64,000 bases of DNA, taken from positions 164,486,001 to 164,550,000 of the forward strand of contig OZ024742.1 in assembly GCA_964016885.1 (NCBI GenBank), read 5' to 3'. Each line of letters opens with the position of its first letter. Position 1 is the stretch's first letter. The position numbers and the translations under genes are program-made. This document shows, piece after piece, positions 51,801-64,000 of the stretch. The stretch comes from Eledone cirrhosa (taxonomy: Eukaryota). The notes beneath the pieces are model-generated. The model had not been told where the DNA came from, ran no database searches, and worked only from the letters and a program-made list of their open reading frames with translations.

Positions 51801-54800
51801 CCCCTGATTATTTTTTACAAATTATCCCCTGATTTTTTTTTTACAAATTATCTCCCCCTGATTTTTTTTACAAATTATCTCCCCCTGATTTTTTTACAAA
51901 TTATCTCCCCTTGGCTGGCTGGAAATTATCTCCCATTGGAGGCTGGAATTTATCTCCCCTTGGACGGTTAGAAATTACCTCCCCTTGGACGGCTGGAAAA
52001 TATGTCTCCTTGGACGGCTGGAAATTATCGCCCCTTGGACGGCTGGAAATTATCTCCCCTTGGACGGCTGGAAATTATCTCTCATCGGACGGCTAGAAAT
52101 TACCTCTCCTTGGACAGCTGAAAATTATCTCCCCTTGGACGGCTGGAAATTATCTCCCCTTGATTTTTTTTACAAATTATCTCCCCCTGATTTTTTTTTA
52201 CAAATTATCTCCCCCTGATTTTTTTTTACAAATTATCTCCCCCTGATTTTTTTTACAAATTATCTCCCCCTGATATTTTTTACAAATTATCTCCCCCTGA
52301 TTTTTTTACAAATTATCTCCCCTTGGCTGGCTGGAAATTATCTCCCCTTGGAGGCTGGAATTTATCTCCCCTTGGACGGCTAGAAATTACCTCGCCTTGG
52401 ACGGCTGGAAAATATGTCTCCTTGGACGGCTGGAAATTATCTCCCCTTGGACGGCTGGAAATTATCTCCCCTTGGACAGCTGGAAATTATCTCCCCTTGG
52501 ACGGCTAGATATTACCTCCCCTTGGACGGCTGGAAATTATCTCCCCTTGATTTTTTTTACAAATTATCTCCCCCTGATTTTTTTTTACAAATTATCTCCC
52601 CCTGATTTTTTTTTACGAATTATCTCCCCCCGATTTTTTTTACAAATTATCTCCCCCTGATTTTTTTTTACAAATTATCTACGCCTAATTTTTTTTACAA
52701 ATTATCTCCCCCTGATTTTTTTTACAAATTATCTCCCCCTGATTTTTTTTACAAATTATCTCCCCCTGATTTTTTTTTACAAATTATTTCCCCCTGATTT
52801 TTTTACAAATTATCTCCCCCCTGATATTTTTAAAAATTATCTTCCCTTGGCTGGCGGGAAATTATCTCCCCTTGGACGGCTGGAAATTATATCCCCTTGG
52901 AGGCTGGAATTTATCTCCCCTTGGACGGCTAGAAATTACCTCGCCTTGGACGGCTGGAAAATATGTCTCCTTGGACGGCTGGAAATTATCTCCCCTTGGA
53001 CGGCTGGAAATTATCTCCCCTTGGACGGCTGGAAATTATCTCCCCTTGGACGGCTAGATATTACCTCCCCTTGGACGGCTGGAAATTATCTCCCCTTGAT
53101 TTTTTTTACAAATTATCTCCCCCTGATTTTTTTTTACAAATTATCTCCCCCTGATTTTTTTTTACGAATTATCTCCCCCTGATTTTTTTTTACAAATTAT
53201 CTCCCCTTGAACGGCTGGAAATTATCTCCCCTTGGACGGCTGGAAATTATCTCCCCTTGAAAGGCTAGAAATTACCTCTCCTTGGACGGCTATAAATTAT
53301 CTCCCCTTGGACGGCTGCAAATTATCTCCCCTTGATTTTTTAACAAATTACCTCGCCTTGGACGGCTGGAAAATATGTCTCCTTGGACGGCTGGAAATTA
53401 TCTCCCCTTGGACGGCTGGAAATTATCTCCCCTTGGACGGCTGGAAATTATCTCCCATTGGACGGCTAGATATTACCTCCCCTTGGACGGCTGCAAATTA
53501 TCTCCCCTTGATTTTTTTAACAAATTATCTCCCCCTGATTTTTTTTTACAAATTATCTCCCCCTGATTTTTTTTTACAAATTATCTACGCCTAATTTTTT
53601 TTACAAATTATCTCCCCCTGATTTTTTTTTACAAATTATCTCCCCCTGATTTTTTTTACAAATTATCTCCCCCTGATTTTTTTTTACAAATTATCTCCCC
53701 CTGATTTTTTTAAAAATTATCTCCCCCAAGATTTTTTTTACAATCTCCGCCTGATTTTTTTAAAAATTATCTTCCCTTGGCTGGCGGGAAATTATCTCCC
53801 CTTGGACGGCTGGAAATTATATCCCCTTGGAAGGATGGAAATTATCTCCCCTTGGACGGCTGGAAATTATCTCCTCTTGGACGGCTGGAAATTATCTCCC
53901 CTTGGACAGCTGGAAATTATCTGCCCTTGATTTTGTTTTTACAAATTATCTCCCCCTGATTTTTTTTACAAATTATCTCCACCTGATTTTTTAAAAAATT
54001 ATCTCCCCTTGGACGGCTGGAAATTATCTCCCCTTGATTTTTTTACAAATTATCTCCCCCTGATTTTTTTTACAAATTATCTCCCCCTGATTTTTTTTTT
54101 ACAAATTATCTCCCCCTGATTTTTTTACAAATTATCTCCCCCTGATTTTTATTACAAATTATCTCCGCCTGATTTTTTTAAATATTATCTTCCCTTGGCT
54201 GGCGGGAAATTATCTCCCCTTGGACGGCTGAAAATTATCTCCCCTTGGACGGCTGGAAATTATCTCCCCTTGATTTTTTTTACAAATTATCTCCCCCTGA
54301 TTTTTTTTACAAATTATCTCCCCCTGATTTTTTTTTACAAATTATCTCCCCCTGATTTTTTTTTACAAATTATCTGCCCCTGATTTTTTTTACAAATTAT
54401 CTCCCCCTGATTTTTTTACAAATTATCTCCCCTTGGCTGGCTGGAAATTATCTCCCCTTGGAGGCTGGAATTTATCTCCCATTGGACGGCTAGAAATTAC
54501 CTCTCCTTGGAAGGCTGGAAAATATTTCTCCTTGGACGGCTGGATATTATCTACCCTTGGACGGGTGGAAATTATCTCCCCTTGGACGGCTGGAAATTAT
54601 CTCCCCTTGGACAGCTAGATATTACCTCCCCTTGGACGGCTGGAAATTATCTCCCCTTGATTTTTTTTACAAATTATCTCCCCCTGATTTTTTTTACAAA
54701 TTATCTCCACCTGATTTTTTTACAAATTATCTCCCCCTGATTTTTTTTACAAATTATCTCCCCCTGATTTTTTTACAAATTATCTCCCCTTGGCTGGCTG

Positions 54801-57800
54801 GAAATTATCTCCCCTTGGAGGCTGGAATTTATCTCCCCTTGGACGGCTGGAAATTATCTCCCCTTGATTTTTTTTACAAATTATCTACCCCTGATTTTTT
54901 TTACAAATTATCTCCCCCTGATTTTTTTTACAAATTATCTCCCCCTGATTTTTTTACAAATTATCTCCCCCTGATTTTTTTACAAATTATCTCCCCCTGA
55001 TTTTTTTTTACAAATTATCTACGCCTAATTTTTTTTACAAATTATCTCCCCCTGATTTTTTTTTACAAATTATCTCCCCCTGATTTTTTTTTACAAATTA
55101 TCTCCCCCTGATTTTTTTTTACAAATTATCTCCCCCTGATTTTTTTACAAATTATCTCCCCCCTGATTTTTATTACAATCTCCGCCTGATTTTTTAAAAA
55201 ATTATCTTCCCTTGGCTGGCGGGAAATTATCTTCCCTTGGACGGCTGGAAATTATATCCCCTTGGAAGGATGGAAATTATCTCCCCTTGGACGGCTGGAA
55301 ATTATCTCCCCTTGGACGGCTGGAAATTATCTCCCCTTGGACAGCTGGAAATTATCTGCCCTTGATTTTGTTTTTACAAATTATCTCCCCCTGATTTTTT
55401 TTACAAATTATCTCCACCTGATTTTTTAAAAAATTATCTCCCCTTGGACGGCTGGAAATTATCTCCCCTTGGCTGGAAATTATCTCCCCTTGGACGGCTA
55501 GAAATTATCTCTCTTTGGACGGCTGGAAATTATCTGCCTTTGATTTTTTTTACAAATTATCTCCCCCTGATTTTTTTTTACAAATTATCTCACCCTGATT
55601 TTTTTTACAAATTATCTCCCCTTGGCTGGCTGGAAATTATCTCCCCTTGGAGGCTGGAATTTATCTCCCCTTGGACGGCTAGAAATTACCTCGCCTTGGA
55701 CGGCTGGAAAATATGTCTCCTTGGACGGCTGGAAATTATCTCCCCTTGGACGGCTGGAAATTATCTCCCCTTGGACAGCTGGAAATTATCTCCCCTTGGA
55801 CGGCTAGATATTACCTCCCCTTGGACGGCTGGAAATTATCTCCCCTTGATTTTTTTTACAAATTATCTCCCCCTGATTTTTTTTTACAAATTATCTCCCC
55901 CTGATTTTTTTTTACGAATTATCTCCCCCCGATTTTTTTTTACAAATTATCTCCGCCTGATTTTTTTTTAAAAATTATCTCCCCTTGAACGGCTGGAAAT
56001 TATCTCCCCTTGGACGGCTGGAAATTATCTCCCCTTGGACGGCTAGAAATTACCTCTCCTTGGACGGCTGAAAATTATCTCCCCTTGGACGGCTGCAAAT
56101 TATCTCCCCTTAATTTTTTAACAAATTATCTCCCCCTGATTTTTTTTTACAAATTATCTCCCCCTGATTTTTTTTTTACAAATTATCTCCCCCTGATTTT
56201 TTTTTACAAATTATCTCCCCCTGATTTTTTTTACAAATTATCTCCCCCTGATTTTTTTTACAATCTCCGCCTGATTTTTTAAAAAATTATCTTCCCTTGG
56301 CTGGCGGGAAATTATCTCCCCTTGGACGGCTGGAAATTATCTCCCCTTGGACGGCTGGAAATTATCTCCCCTTGGACAGCTGGAAATTATCTGCCCTTGA
56401 TTTTGTTTTTACAAATTATCTCCCCCTGATTTTTTTTACAAATTATCTCCACCTGATTTTTTAAAAAATTATCTCCCCTTGGACGGCTGGAAATTATCTC
56501 CCCTTGATTTTTTTACAAATTATCTCCCCCTGATTTTTTTTACAAATTATCTCCGCCTGATTTTTTTAAATATTATCTTCCCTTGGCTGGCGGGAAATTA
56601 TCTCCCCTTGGACGGCTGGAAATTATCTCCCCTTGATTTTTTTTACAAATTATCTCCCCCTGATTTTTTTTTACAAATTATCTCCCCCTGATTTTTTTTT
56701 ACAAATTATCTCCCCCTGATTTTTTTTTACAAATTATCTCCCCCTGATTTTTTTTTACAAATCTCCCCCTGATTTTTTTATAAATTATCTCCCCTTGGCT
56801 GGCTGGAAATTATCTCCCCTTGGAGGCTGGAATTTATCTCCCCTTGGACGGCTAGAAATTACCTCTCCTTGGATGGCTGGAAAATATGTCTCCTTGGACG
56901 GCTGGATATTATCTACCCTTGGACGGCTGGAAATTATCTCCCCTTGGACGGCTGGAAATTATCTCCCCTTGGACGGCTAGATATTACCTCCCATTGGACG
57001 GCTGGAAATTATCTCCCCTTGATTTTTTTTACAAATTATCTCCCCCTGATTTTTTTTTACGAATTATCTCCCCCTGATTTTTTTTTACAAATTATCTCCG
57101 CCTGATTTTTTTTTTAAAATTATCTCCCCTTGAACGGCTGGAAATTATCTCCCCTTGGACGGCTGGAAATTATCTCCCCTTGGACGGCTAGAAATTACCT
57201 CTCCTTGGACGGCTGAAAATTATCTCCCCTTGGACGGCTGCAAATTATCTCCCCTTGATTTTTTTAACAAATTATCTCCCCCTGATTTTTTTTTACAAAT
57301 TATCTCCCCCTGATTTTTTTTTACAAATTATCTACGCCTAATTTTTTTTACAAATTATCTCCCCCTGATTTTTTTTTACAAATTATCTCCCCCTGATTTT
57401 TTTTACAAATTATCTCCCCCTGATTTTTTTTACAAATTATCTCCCCCTGATTTTTTTACAAATTATCTCCCCCCTGATTTTTTTTACAATCTCCGCCTGA
57501 TTTTTTTAAAAATTATCTTCCCTTGGCTGGCGGGAAATTATCTCCCCTTGGACGGCTGGAAATTATATCCCCTTGGAAGGATGGAAATTATCTCCCCTTG
57601 GACGGCTGGAAATTATCTCCCCTTGGACGGCTGGAAATTACCTCCCCTTGGACAGCTGGAAATTATCTGCCCTTGATTTTGTTTTTACAAATTATCTCCC
57701 CCTGATTTTTTTTACAAATTATCTCCACCTGATTTTTTAAAAAATTATCTCCCCTTGGACGGCTGGAAATTATCTCCCCTTGGACGGCTGGAAATTATCT

Positions 57801-60800
57801 CCCCTTGATTTTTTTTTACAAATTATCTCCCCCTGATTTTTTTTTACAAATTATCTCCCCCTGATTTTTTTTACAAATTATCTCCCCCTGATTTTTTTTT
57901 ACAAATTATTTCCCCCTGATTTTTTTACAAATTATCTCCCCCCTGATTTTTTTTACAATCTCCGCCTGATTTTTTTAAAAATTATCTTCCCTTGGCTGGC
58001 GGGAAATTATCTCCCCTTGGACGGCTGGAAATTATATCCCCTTGGAAGGATGGAAATTATCTCCCCTTGGACGGCTGGAAATTATCTCCCCTTGGACGGC
58101 TGGAAATTATCTCCCCTTGGACAGCTGGAAATTATCTGCCCTTGATTTTGTTTTTACAAATTATCTCCCCCTGATTTTTTTTACAAATTATCTCCACCTG
58201 ATTTTTAAAAAAATTATCTCCCCTTGGACGGCTGGAAATTATCTCCCCTTGATTTTTTTTACAAATTATCTCCCCCTGATTTTTTTTTACAAATTATCTC
58301 CCCCTGATTTTTTTTTACAAATTATCTCCCCCTGATTTTTTTTTACAAATTATCTCACCCTGATTTTTTTTACAAATTATCTCTCCCTGATTTTTTTACA
58401 AATTATCTCCCCTTGGCTGGCTGGAAATTATCTCCCCTTGGAGGCTGGAATTTATCTCCCCTTGGACGGCTAGAAATTACCTCTCCTTGGACGGCTGGAA
58501 AATATGTCTCCTTGGACGGCTGGATATTATCTACCCTTGGACGGCTGGAAATTATCTCCCCTTGGACGGCTGGAAATTATCTCCTCTTGGACGGCTAGAT
58601 ATTACCTCCCCTTGGACGGCTGGAAATTATCTCCCCTTGATTTTTTTACAAATTATCTCCCCCTGATTTTTTTACAAATTATCTCCCCCTGATTTTTTTT
58701 ACAAATTATCTCCGCCTAATTTTTTTAAATATTATCTTCCCTTGGCTGGCGGGAAATTATCTCCCCTTGGACGGCTGAAAATTATCTCCCCTTGGACGGC
58801 TGGAAATTATCTCCCCTTGATTTTTTTTACAAATTATCTCCCCCTGATTTTTTTTTACAAATTATCTCCCCCTGATTTTTTTTACAAATTATCTCCCCCT
58901 GATTTTTTTACAAATTATCTCCCCTTGGCTGGCTGGAAATTATCTCCCCTTGGAGGCTGGAATTTATCTCCCCTTGGACGGCTAGAAATTACCTCTCCTT
59001 GGAAGGCTGGAAAATATGTCCTTGGACGGCTGGATATTATCTACCCTTGGACGGCTGGAAATTATCTCCCCTTGGACGGCTGGAAATTATCTCCCCTTGG
59101 ACGGCTAGATATTACCTCCCCTTGGACGGCTGAAAATTATCTCCCCTTGGACGGCTGGAAATTATCTCCCCTTGATTTTTTTTACAAATTATCTCCCCCT
59201 GATTATTTTTTACAAATTATCCCCTGATTTTTTTTTTACAAATTATCTCCCCCTGATTTTTTTTACAAATTATCTCCCCCTGATTTTTTTACAAATTATC
59301 TCCCCTTGGCTGGCTGGAAATTATCTCCCATTGGAGGCTGGAATTTATCTCCCCTTGGACGGTTAGAAATTACCTCCCCTTGGACGGCTGGAAAATATGT
59401 CTCCTTGGACGGCTGGAAATTATCGCCCCTTGGACGGCTGGAAATTATCTCCCCTTGGACGGCTGGAAATTATCTCTCATCGGACGGCTAGAAATTACCT
59501 CTCCTTGGACAGCTGAAAATTATCTCCCCTTGGACGGCTGGAAATTATCTCCCCTTGATTTTTTTTACAAATTATCTCCCCCTGATTTTTTTTTACAAAT
59601 TATCTCCCCCTGATTTTTTTTTACAAATTATCTCCCCCTGATTTTTTTTTACAAATTATCTCCCCCTGATATTTTTTACAAATTATCTCCCCCTGATTTT
59701 TTTACAAATTATCTCCCCTTGGCTGGCTGGAAATTATCTCCCCTTGGAGGCTGGAATTTATCTCCCCTTGGACGGCTAGAAATTACCTCGCCTTGGACGG
59801 CTGGAAAATATGTCTCCTTGGACGGCTGGAAATTATCTCCCCTTGGACGGCTGGAAATTATCTCCCCTTGGACAGCTGGAAATTATCTCCCCTTGGACGG
59901 CTAGATATTACCTCCCCTTGGACGGCTGGAAATTATCTCCCCTTGATTTTTTTTACAAATTATCTCCCCCTGATTTTTTTTTACAAATTATCTCCCCCTG
60001 ATTTTTTTTTACGAATTATCTCCCCCCGATTTTTTTTACAAATTATCTCCCCCTGATTTTTTTTTACAAATTATCTACGCCTAATTTTTTTTACAAATTA
60101 TCTCCCCCTGATTTTTTTTACAAATTATCTCCCCCTGATTTTTTTTACAAATTATCTCCCCCTGATTTTTTTTTACAAATTATTTCCCCCTGATTTTTTT
60201 ACAAATTATCTCCCCCCTGATATTTTTAAAAATTATCTTCCCTTGGCTGGCGGGAAATTATCTCCCCTTGGACGGCTGGAAATTATATCCCCTTGGAGGC
60301 TGGAATTTATCTCCCCTTGGACGGCTAGAAATTACCTCGCCTTGGACGGCTGGAAAATATGTCTCCTTGGACGGCTGGAAATTATCTCCCCTTGGACGGC
60401 TGGAAATTATCTCCCCTTGGACGGCTGGAAATTATCTCCCCTTGGACGGCTAGATATTACCTCCCCTTGGACGGCTGGAAATTATCTCCCCTTGATTTTT
60501 TTTACAAATTATCTCCCCCTGATTTTTTTTTACAAATTATCTCCCCCTGATTTTTTTTTACGAATTATCTCCCCCTGATTTTTTTTTACAAATTATCTCC
60601 CCTTGAACGGCTGGAAATTATCTCCCCTTGGACGGCTGGAAATTATCTCCCCTTGAAAGGCTAGAAATTACCTCTCCTTGGACGGCTGAAAATTATCTCC
60701 CCTTGGACGGCTGCAAATTATCTCCCCTTGATTTTTTAACAAATTACCTCGCCTTGGACGGCTGGAAAATATGTCTCCTTGGACGGCTGGAAATTATCTC

Positions 60801-62230
60801 CCCTTGGACGGCTGGAAATTATCTCCCCTTGGACGGCTGGAAATTATCTCCCATTGGACGGCTAGATATTACCTCCCCTTGGACGGCTGCAAATTATCTC
60901 CCCTTGATTTTTTTAACAAATTATCTCCCCCTGATTTTTTTTTACAAATTATCTCCCCCTGATTTTTTTTTACAAATTATCTACGCCTAATTTTTTTTAC
61001 AAATTATCTCCCCCTGATTTTTTTTTACAAATTATCTCCCCCTGATTTTTTTTACAAATTATCTCCCCCTGATTTTTTTTTACAAATTATCTCCCCCTGA
61101 TTTTTTTACAAATTATCTCCCCCCTGATTTTTTTTACAATCTCCGCCTGATTTTTTTAAAAATTATCTTCCCTTGGCTGGCGGGAAATTATCTCCCCTTG
61201 GACGGCTGGAAATTATATCCCCTTGGAAGGATGGAAATTATCTCCCCTTGGACGGCTGGAAATTATCTCCTCTTGGACGGCTGGAAATTATCTCCCCTTG
61301 GACAGCTGGAAATTATCTGCCCTTGATTTTGTTTTTACAAATTATCTCCCCCTGATTTTTTTTACAAATTATCTCCACCTGATTTTTTAAAAAATTATCT
61401 CCCCTTGGACGGCTGGAAATTATCTCCCCTTGATTTTTTTACAAATTATCTCCCCCTGATTTTTTTTACAAATTATCTCCCCCTGATTTTTTTTTTACAA
61501 ATTATCTCCCCCTGATTTTTTTACAAATTATCTCCCCCTGATTTTTTTTACAAATTATCTCCGCCTGATTTTTTTAAATATTATCTTCCCTTGGCTGGCG
61601 GGAAATTATCTCCCCTTGGACGGCTGAAAATTATCTCCCCTTGGACGGCTGGAAATTATCTCCCCTTGATTTTTTTTACAAATTATCTCCCCCTGATTTT
61701 TTTTACAAATTATCTCCCCCTGATTTTTTTTTACAAATTATCTCCCCCTGATTTTTTTTTACAAATTATCTGCCCCTGATTTTTTTTACAAATTATCTCC
61801 CCCTGATTTTTTTACAAATTATCTCCCCTTGGCTGGCTGGAAATTATCTCCCCTTGGAGGCTGGAATTTATCTCCCATTGGACGGCTAGAAATTACCTCT
61901 CCTTGGAAGGCTGGAAAATATTTCTCCTTGGACGGCTGGATATTATCTACCCTTGGACGGGTGGAAATTATCTCCCCTTGGACGGCTGGAAATTATCTCC
62001 CCTTGGACAGCTAGATATTACCTCCCCTTGGACGGCTGGAAATTATCTCCCCTTGATTTTTTTTACAAATTATCTCCCCCTGATTTTTTTTACAAATTAT
62101 CTCCACCTGATTTTTTTACAAATTATCTCCCCCTGATTTTTTTTACAAATTATCTCCCCCTGATTTTTTTACAAATTATCTCCCCTTGGCTGGCTGGAAA
62201 TTATCTCCCATTGGAGGCTGGAATTTATCT
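48240..62230 (+). repeat. Tandem ~7.4-kb HOR, about 1.9 copies
   Basis: Offset 7370 (48252/55622, 49425/56795), then 7395-7396 (50597/57992, 51347/58742, 52847/60243, 54433/61829). The 25-bp step is one A monomer missing near 50230. Confidence 0.9.
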
Positions 62231-64000
62231 CCCCTTGGACGGTTAGAAATTACCTCCCCTTGGACGGCTGGAAAATATGTCTCCTTGGACGGCTGGAAAT
62301 TATCGCCCCTTGGACGGCTGGAAATTATCTCCCCTTGGACGGCTGGAAATTATCTCTCATCGGACGGCTAGAAATTACCTCTCCTTGGACAGCTGAAAAT
62401 TATCTCCCCTTGGACGGCTGGAAATTATCTCCCCTTGATTTTTTTTACAAATTATCTCCCGCTGATTTTTTTTTACAAATTATCTCCCCCTGATTTTTTT
62501 TTACAAATTATCTCCCCCTGATTTTTTTTTACAAATTATCTCCCCCTGATATTTTTTACAAATTATCTCCCCCTGATTTTTTTACAAATTATCTCCCCTT
62601 GGCTGGCTGGAAATTATCTCCCCTTGGAGGCTGGAATTTATCTCCCCTTGGACGGCTAGAAATTACCTCGCCTTGGACGGCTGGAAAATATGTCTCCTTG
62701 GACGGCTGGAAATTATCTCCCCTTGGACGGCTGGAAATTATCTCCCCTTGGACAGCTGGAAATTATCTCCCCTTGGACGGCTAGATATTACCTCCCCTTG
62801 GACGGCTGGAAATTATCTCCCCTTGATTTTTTTTACAAATTATCTCCCCCTGATTTTTTTTTACAAATTATCTCCCCCTGATTTTTTTTTACGAATTATC
62901 TCCCCCCGATTTTTTTTACAAATTATCTCCCCCTGATTTTTTTTTACAAATTATCTACGCCTAATTTTTTTTACAAATTATCTCCCCCTGATTTTTTTTA
63001 CAAATTATCTCCCCCTGATTTTTTTTACAAATTATCTCCCCCTGATTTTTTTTTACAAATTATTTCCCCCTGATTTTTTTACAAATTATCTCCCCCCTGA
63101 TATTTTTAAAAATTATCTTCCCTTGGCTGGCGGGAAATTATCTCCCCTTGGACGGCTGGAAATTATATCCCCTTGGAGGCTGGAATTTATCTCCCCTTGG
63201 ACGGCTAGAAATTACCTCGCCTTGGACGGCTGGAAAATATGTCTCCTTGGACGGCTGGAAATTATCTCCCCTTGGACGGCTGGAAATTATCTCCCCTTGG
63301 ACGGCTGGAAATTATCTCCCCTTGGACGGCTAGATATTACCTCCCCTTGGACGGCTGGAAATTATCTCCCCTTGATTTTTTTTACAAATTATCTCCCCCT
63401 GATTTTTTTTTACAAATTATCTCCCCCTGATTTTTTTTTACGAATTATCTCCCCCTGATTTTTTTTTACAAATTATCTCCCCTTGAACGGCTGGAAATTA
63501 TCTCCCCTTGGACGGCTGGAAATTATCTCCCCTTGAAAGGCTAGAAATTACCTCTCCTTGGACGGCTGAAAATTATCTCCCCTTGGACGGCTGCAAATTA
63601 TCTCCCCTTGATTTTTTAACAAATTACCTCGCCTTGGACGGCTGGAAAATATGTCTCCTTGGACGGCTGGAAATTATCTCCCCTTGGACGGCTGGAAATT
63701 ATCTCCCCTTGGACGGCTGGAAATTATCTCCCATTGGACGGCTAGATATTACCTCCCCTTGGACGGCTGCAAATTATCTCCCCTTGATTTTTTTAACAAA
63801 TTATCTCCCCCTGATTTTTTTTTACAAATTATCTCCCCCTGATTTTTTTTTACAAATTATCTACGCCTAATTTTTTTTACAAATTATCTCCCCCTGATTT
63901 TTTTTTACAAATTATCTCCCCCTGATTTTTTTTACAAATTATCTCCCCCTGATTTTTTTTTACAAATTATCTCCCCCTGATTTTTTTACAAATTATCTCC
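59250..64000 (+). repeat. Tandem 2880-bp HOR; 61081-64000 is also a near-exact copy of 1-2920
   Basis: Offset 2880 (59306/62186, 59719/62599, 60243/63123, 60628/63508) and offset 61080 (93/61173, 2428/63508). Confidence 0.92.

Larger units (their letters stand above)
1..64000 (+). repeat. Compound satellite array of 25-bp A monomers and 26-29-bp B monomers sharing the core AAATTATCTCCCC; runs off both window edges
   Basis: Every line read parses into AAATTATCTCCCCTTGGACGGCTGG or AAATTATCTCCCCCTGA(T)nAC, or near variants. I saw no inverted copies and no unique sequence. The + strand is strongly C/T-rich. Confidence 0.99.

Noticed and set aside
93-63870. Hundreds of + strand ORFs of 60-200 aa (KLSPLGRLEIISPWTAGNYLPLDGW, FFTNYLPLI and FFYKLSPPD repeats)
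   Set aside because: Consensus A has no stop in any + frame and supplies TTG starts, so ORFs overlap in all three frames. T-tract changes and 21/24-bp units shift frame freely, and there is no recognisable domain. The minus strand is closed by TAA in each core.
1-64000. CRISPR-like repeat-spacer array
   Set aside because: The constant part is only 13 bp. The spacers are 12-16 bp and fall into two recurring classes instead of being unique. There is no leader and no cas gene.
1-64000. Telomerase-made long telomeric repeat, like the 23-25-bp budding-yeast repeats
   Set aside because: Unit size and strand skew are suggestive. However, two monomer types, inherited variants, kb-scale HORs and a length of at least 64 kb point to recombinational amplification and not templated synthesis. 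A subtelomeric location is not excluded.
1-64000. G-quadruplex or i-motif array from the C4-C5 tracts
   Set aside because: Tracts are separated by 21-24-nt loops, well outside the canonical pattern. The GG-AC-GG-CT-GG tail offers only weak two-tier potential.
1-64000. Purely synthetic or sequencing-artefact concatemer
   Set aside because: Hierarchically shared variants and reproducible homopolymer lengths fit real satellite evolution. Copy number and order of the HORs could still be misassembled.
1-64000. Embedded transposon, inversion, plasmid iteron origin or RNA gene
   Set aside because: I found no non-repeat segment, no reverse-orientation core (GGGGAGATAATTT) on the + strand, and no rep or transposase ORF.

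Overview
All 64 kb is one uninterrupted, single-orientation, non-coding tandem repeat (satellite DNA), most plausibly eukaryotic heterochromatin. I found no unique sequence, genes, RNA genes, transposon ORFs or CRISPR array. Two short monomers share a 13-bp core, AAATTATCTCCCC. Type A is 25 bp (core + TTGGACGGCTGG); type B is 26-29 bp (core + CTGA-T7..10-AC). There are roughly 2,400-2,500 monomers (64,000/~26). Runs of A and runs of B alternate. A-runs form a few fixed-order cassettes, which build nested near-identical higher-order repeats (HORs) with offsets of about 2.38, 2.88, 3.5, 4.1-4.8, 7.4, 8.16, 11.2, 50.8 and 61.1 kb. A more diverged layer (~20.3-35.3 kb) with a relic island near 24.7-25.2 kb lies between homogenised flanks. 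All listed ORFs are artefacts of the stop-free A monomer. Points of interest: the two-monomer shared-core grammar, strict junction rules, sliding T/A boundaries at constant length, a GATA site (AGATAA) in nearly every monomer, and an unverified resemblance of the core to oyster Helitron-associated satellites. Host and function cannot be determined from this sequence alone.
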